Positions 61,922-64,000 of a DNA stretch of 64,000 nt are shown here, in pieces. Position 1 is the first letter of the stretch; the number at the start of each line of letters is the position of its first letter. The notes beneath the pieces were generated by a model. The model was not told where the DNA came from, searched no databases, and worked only from the letters and a program-made list of their open reading frames with translations. Origin of the DNA: Candidatus Culexmicrobium cathedralense. Its GTDB lineage: Archaea; Thermoproteota; Methanomethylicia; Culexarchaeales; Culexmicrobiaceae. The position numbers were made by a program, and so were the translations under genes. The stretch covers positions 640,001-704,000 of the forward strand of contig JANZKC010000001.1 of NCBI GenBank assembly GCA_025061115.1, read 5' to 3'.

Positions 61922-62040
61922 AATTTCACCGCATCAATTATATTTGAAGTTTTTTGGTTTGCGTGTTTTTATTAATGATGTTTCAGTGCTTTAAAATTTT
62001 TGGTATTTTAATTATAGCTTCATTGAATTTCTGCGCATAT

Positions 62041-63426
62041 TTATGGGTGGTATGCTTTTTTGCCGCTTATTGATATGTATATTGTTTTGTTTGGTATTTT
62101 TGCTTGGGTGTGTAGGTTTCTTGCGTCTATGATTATTGTTGGTTTTTTGGCGTTTGCGACTAGGTCTTTTAGGTTTAGGTTTTTGTATTGGTTGTGGTCG
62201 GTTGCTATTATGATTGCGTCTGCGTTGTGGGTTGCGTTTTGGAGTGTTGTTAGTGGTATGTTGAGTTTGTTTAGTGTTGGGTTGCTTTTTACGTGTGGGT
62301 CGTGGACTGCTATGGTTGCTCCTTTTGTTTTGAGTATTTTTGCTATTTCTATTGCTGGTGATAGTCTTGTATCCGAAACATTACCTCTGAATGCTGCTCC
62401 TAGGATGGCTATTTTTGTTTTTTCTATGGGTTTTCTGAGTTTTTTGAGTTCTTGGGTTAGTAGGTTGACTGTGTAGGTTGGCATGTTTTTGTTTATTTGT
62501 CTGGCTGTTTTGGTTAGTGGGGTTTGGATGCCTAGTTTTTTGGCTGTGTTGATTATGTATTGGGGGTAGATTGGTATGCATGCTCCTCCTACTCCGCATC
62601 CTGGTATGTGGAGGTGGCAGTATGGTTGGCTGTTGCTTGCTTTTCTTATTTCCATGAAGTCTAGGTTTAGGGCTGCGCATAGTTTTGCTAGTTCGTTTGC
62701 TAGTGCGATGTTTACGTCTCGGTAGACTCCTTCGAATAGTTTTGCTAGTTCTGCTGCTGTTGGGCTGCTTAGGGTTATTACTCCTTTTTTGGCGATGCAT
62801 TCGTATAGGGCTGCTGCAGCCTTAGCGCTTTTGGGGCCGATTCCGCCTATTATTTTGGGGTAGTTTTCTTCGATGTCTTGGAGTGCTCTTCCTACCATTA
62901 TTCTTTCTGGGCTGAATGCTAGTCCGAATTGTTGTTCAGCTTTTAGTCCGCTTTGCTGTTCTAGGATTGGTTTTGCAAGTTCTTCTGTTGTTTTGGGTGG
63001 TACGCTGGATTCGATTATTACTAGGTCTCCTTCTTTTAGGCCTTGGGCTATTGCTGTTAGTGCTGATTTTAGTGCTGATAGATCTGCTTCTCCTTCGGGG
63101 GTGGTTAGGGTTGGTACGGTTATTAGTTTGACGTTGGATTGTTTGGATGCTTCTGCTCCATCGGTTGTTGCTTTGAACCTTTCTTTTTCAATGTATTCTA
63201 AGAGAATTGGTTTGATTTGGGGTTCGTCTGTGAATTGGAAGTTTTTTGAGTTTAATGCGTTTACCCAGTCTTGTCGTATGTCTACTCCTATTACTTTTGC
63301 TCCTGCTCTTAGCCATGCTGCTGCTAGTGGTAGGCCGACTCTTCCTAGGCCGTAGATCGATGCCACGATTCTTCCGCTTTTTAGGTTTTGCTTTAATTGA
63401 TTGGGGGTTAGTTTTAGGAGGTTCAT
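62041..63426 (-). CDS. Nucleotide-sugar dehydrogenase (UDP-ManNAc/GlcNAc 6-dehydrogenase-like)
   Basis: YGLGRVGLP, VPT, ESSVPP, SPERI, RDVNIALANE, GVGGACIP, DTRLSP. Confidence 0.92.
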   Translation of the reverse strand: MNLLKLTPNQLKQNLKSGRIVASIYGLGRVGLPLAAAWLRAGAKVIGVDIRQDWVNALNSKNFQFTDEPQIKPILLEYIEKERFKATTDGAEASKQSNVKLITVPTLTTPEGEADLSALKSALTAIAQGLKEGDLVIIESSVPPKTTEELAKPILEQQSGLKAEQQFGLAFSPERIMVGRALQDIEENYPKIIGGIGPKSAKAAAALYECIAKKGVITLSSPTAAELAKLFEGVYRDVNIALANELAKLCAALNLDFMEIRKASNSQPYCHLHIPGCGVGGACIPIYPQYIINTAKKLGIQTPLTKTARQINKNMPTYTVNLLTQELKKLRKPIEKTKIAILGAAFRGNVSDTRLSPAIEIAKILKTKGATIAVHDPHVKSNPTLNKLNIPLTTLQNATHNADAIIIATDHNQYKNLNLKDLVANAKKPTIIIDARNLHTQAKIPNKTIYISISGKKAYHP

Positions 63427-63652
63427 GGGGTCACCTATTAACTTTTTTTATCGTAAAACGAGTTAAAAATTGAGTTATTTAAGTGTTGCGCCATGAAAAA
63501 CTTGTGAATTTACTTGGATGCCACCATGAATTGCCGGGGAGCTTTGATATTAAGTGAGTTAAGATTCATTGATTCTGCTTAAATTGCATTTCTTGCGGCA
63601 TGTCATTAAACTATATAATTTTGGTGTATTCATGTAATTTTGCGCCGGTGAA

Positions 63653-64000
63653 ATGATGCGTTGGATGCTTAAGCCGGTTCTCATTGTTGGTTTCGGCCCG
63701 TTATGTGTTTCCTTGACTGGTAAGTTGGCTGAGAATGGCGCTTACATTTATCTTTGGAATCCTTTTGGTGGGGATTTTAGTTTTAGTGCGCCTAACGTTC
63801 ATGTTGTTGAGAAGGATGTTTCAAGTGTTTCTGGTCGGGAGTCGTTTTTGAAGAGGCCTACTTCAATATTCATAGCTCTTCCTGGCAGCGTGTTGGGCGA
63901 TTTGAATTTGCTTGAGGAGGTTTTGGGTAAGGTTTTGGGTGCTGCAAGTGATAGGAAGACTAGGTTTGTTGTTGCATTTCACTTTAATGGTGGGAGCCTC
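63653..64000 (+). CDS. Partial ORF with Rossmann-like N-terminus
   Basis: GGTGA RBS, VLIVGFGPL; frame open to the window end. Confidence 0.6.
   Translation, partial: MMRWMLKPVLIVGFGPLCVSLTGKLAENGAYIYLWNPFGGDFSFSAPNVHVVEKDVSSVSGRESFLKRPTSIFIALPGSVLGDLNLLEEVLGKVLGAASDRKTRFVVAFHFNGGSL

Noticed and set aside
1-64000. CRISPR array, tRNA/rRNA, integrase or IS transposase
   Set aside because: No regularly spaced repeats, cloverleaf-like GC-rich segments or recombinase motifs seen by eye; tRNAscan/CRISPR finders would be needed to exclude them fully

Overview
Archaeal chromosomal window. GGTGA/GGAGG ribosome-binding sites, TATA promoters, Cdc6/Orc1, RadA, a tungsten-type AOR and PolB point to a thermophilic TACK/Thermoproteota-like organism (inference). 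1-7.7 kb holds peptide-catabolism and redox genes. 7.8-13.6 kb is a compact co-oriented cassette, cdc6/orc1 - wHTH - radA - Walker-dead RadA paralog - small helical (arCOG07300-like) protein - PolB2-type polymerase. It looks like a self-contained DNA-damage/mutasome module and is the best candidate for an undescribed system. 14-22 kb has housekeeping enzymes and transporters. 20-44 kb is a toxin-antitoxin/defence island with many decayed genes, a divergent TGT-like TIM-barrel gene paired with a Panacea-UPF0175/PIN module, and two convergent TA pairs. 38-63.4 kb is a mosaic, partly decayed surface-glycosylation locus with an embedded ABC-ATPase/TOPRIM pair and extreme strand compositional asymmetry. 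I saw no tRNA, rRNA, CRISPR array or transposase. All family assignments come from motif recognition by eye, not from database searches.
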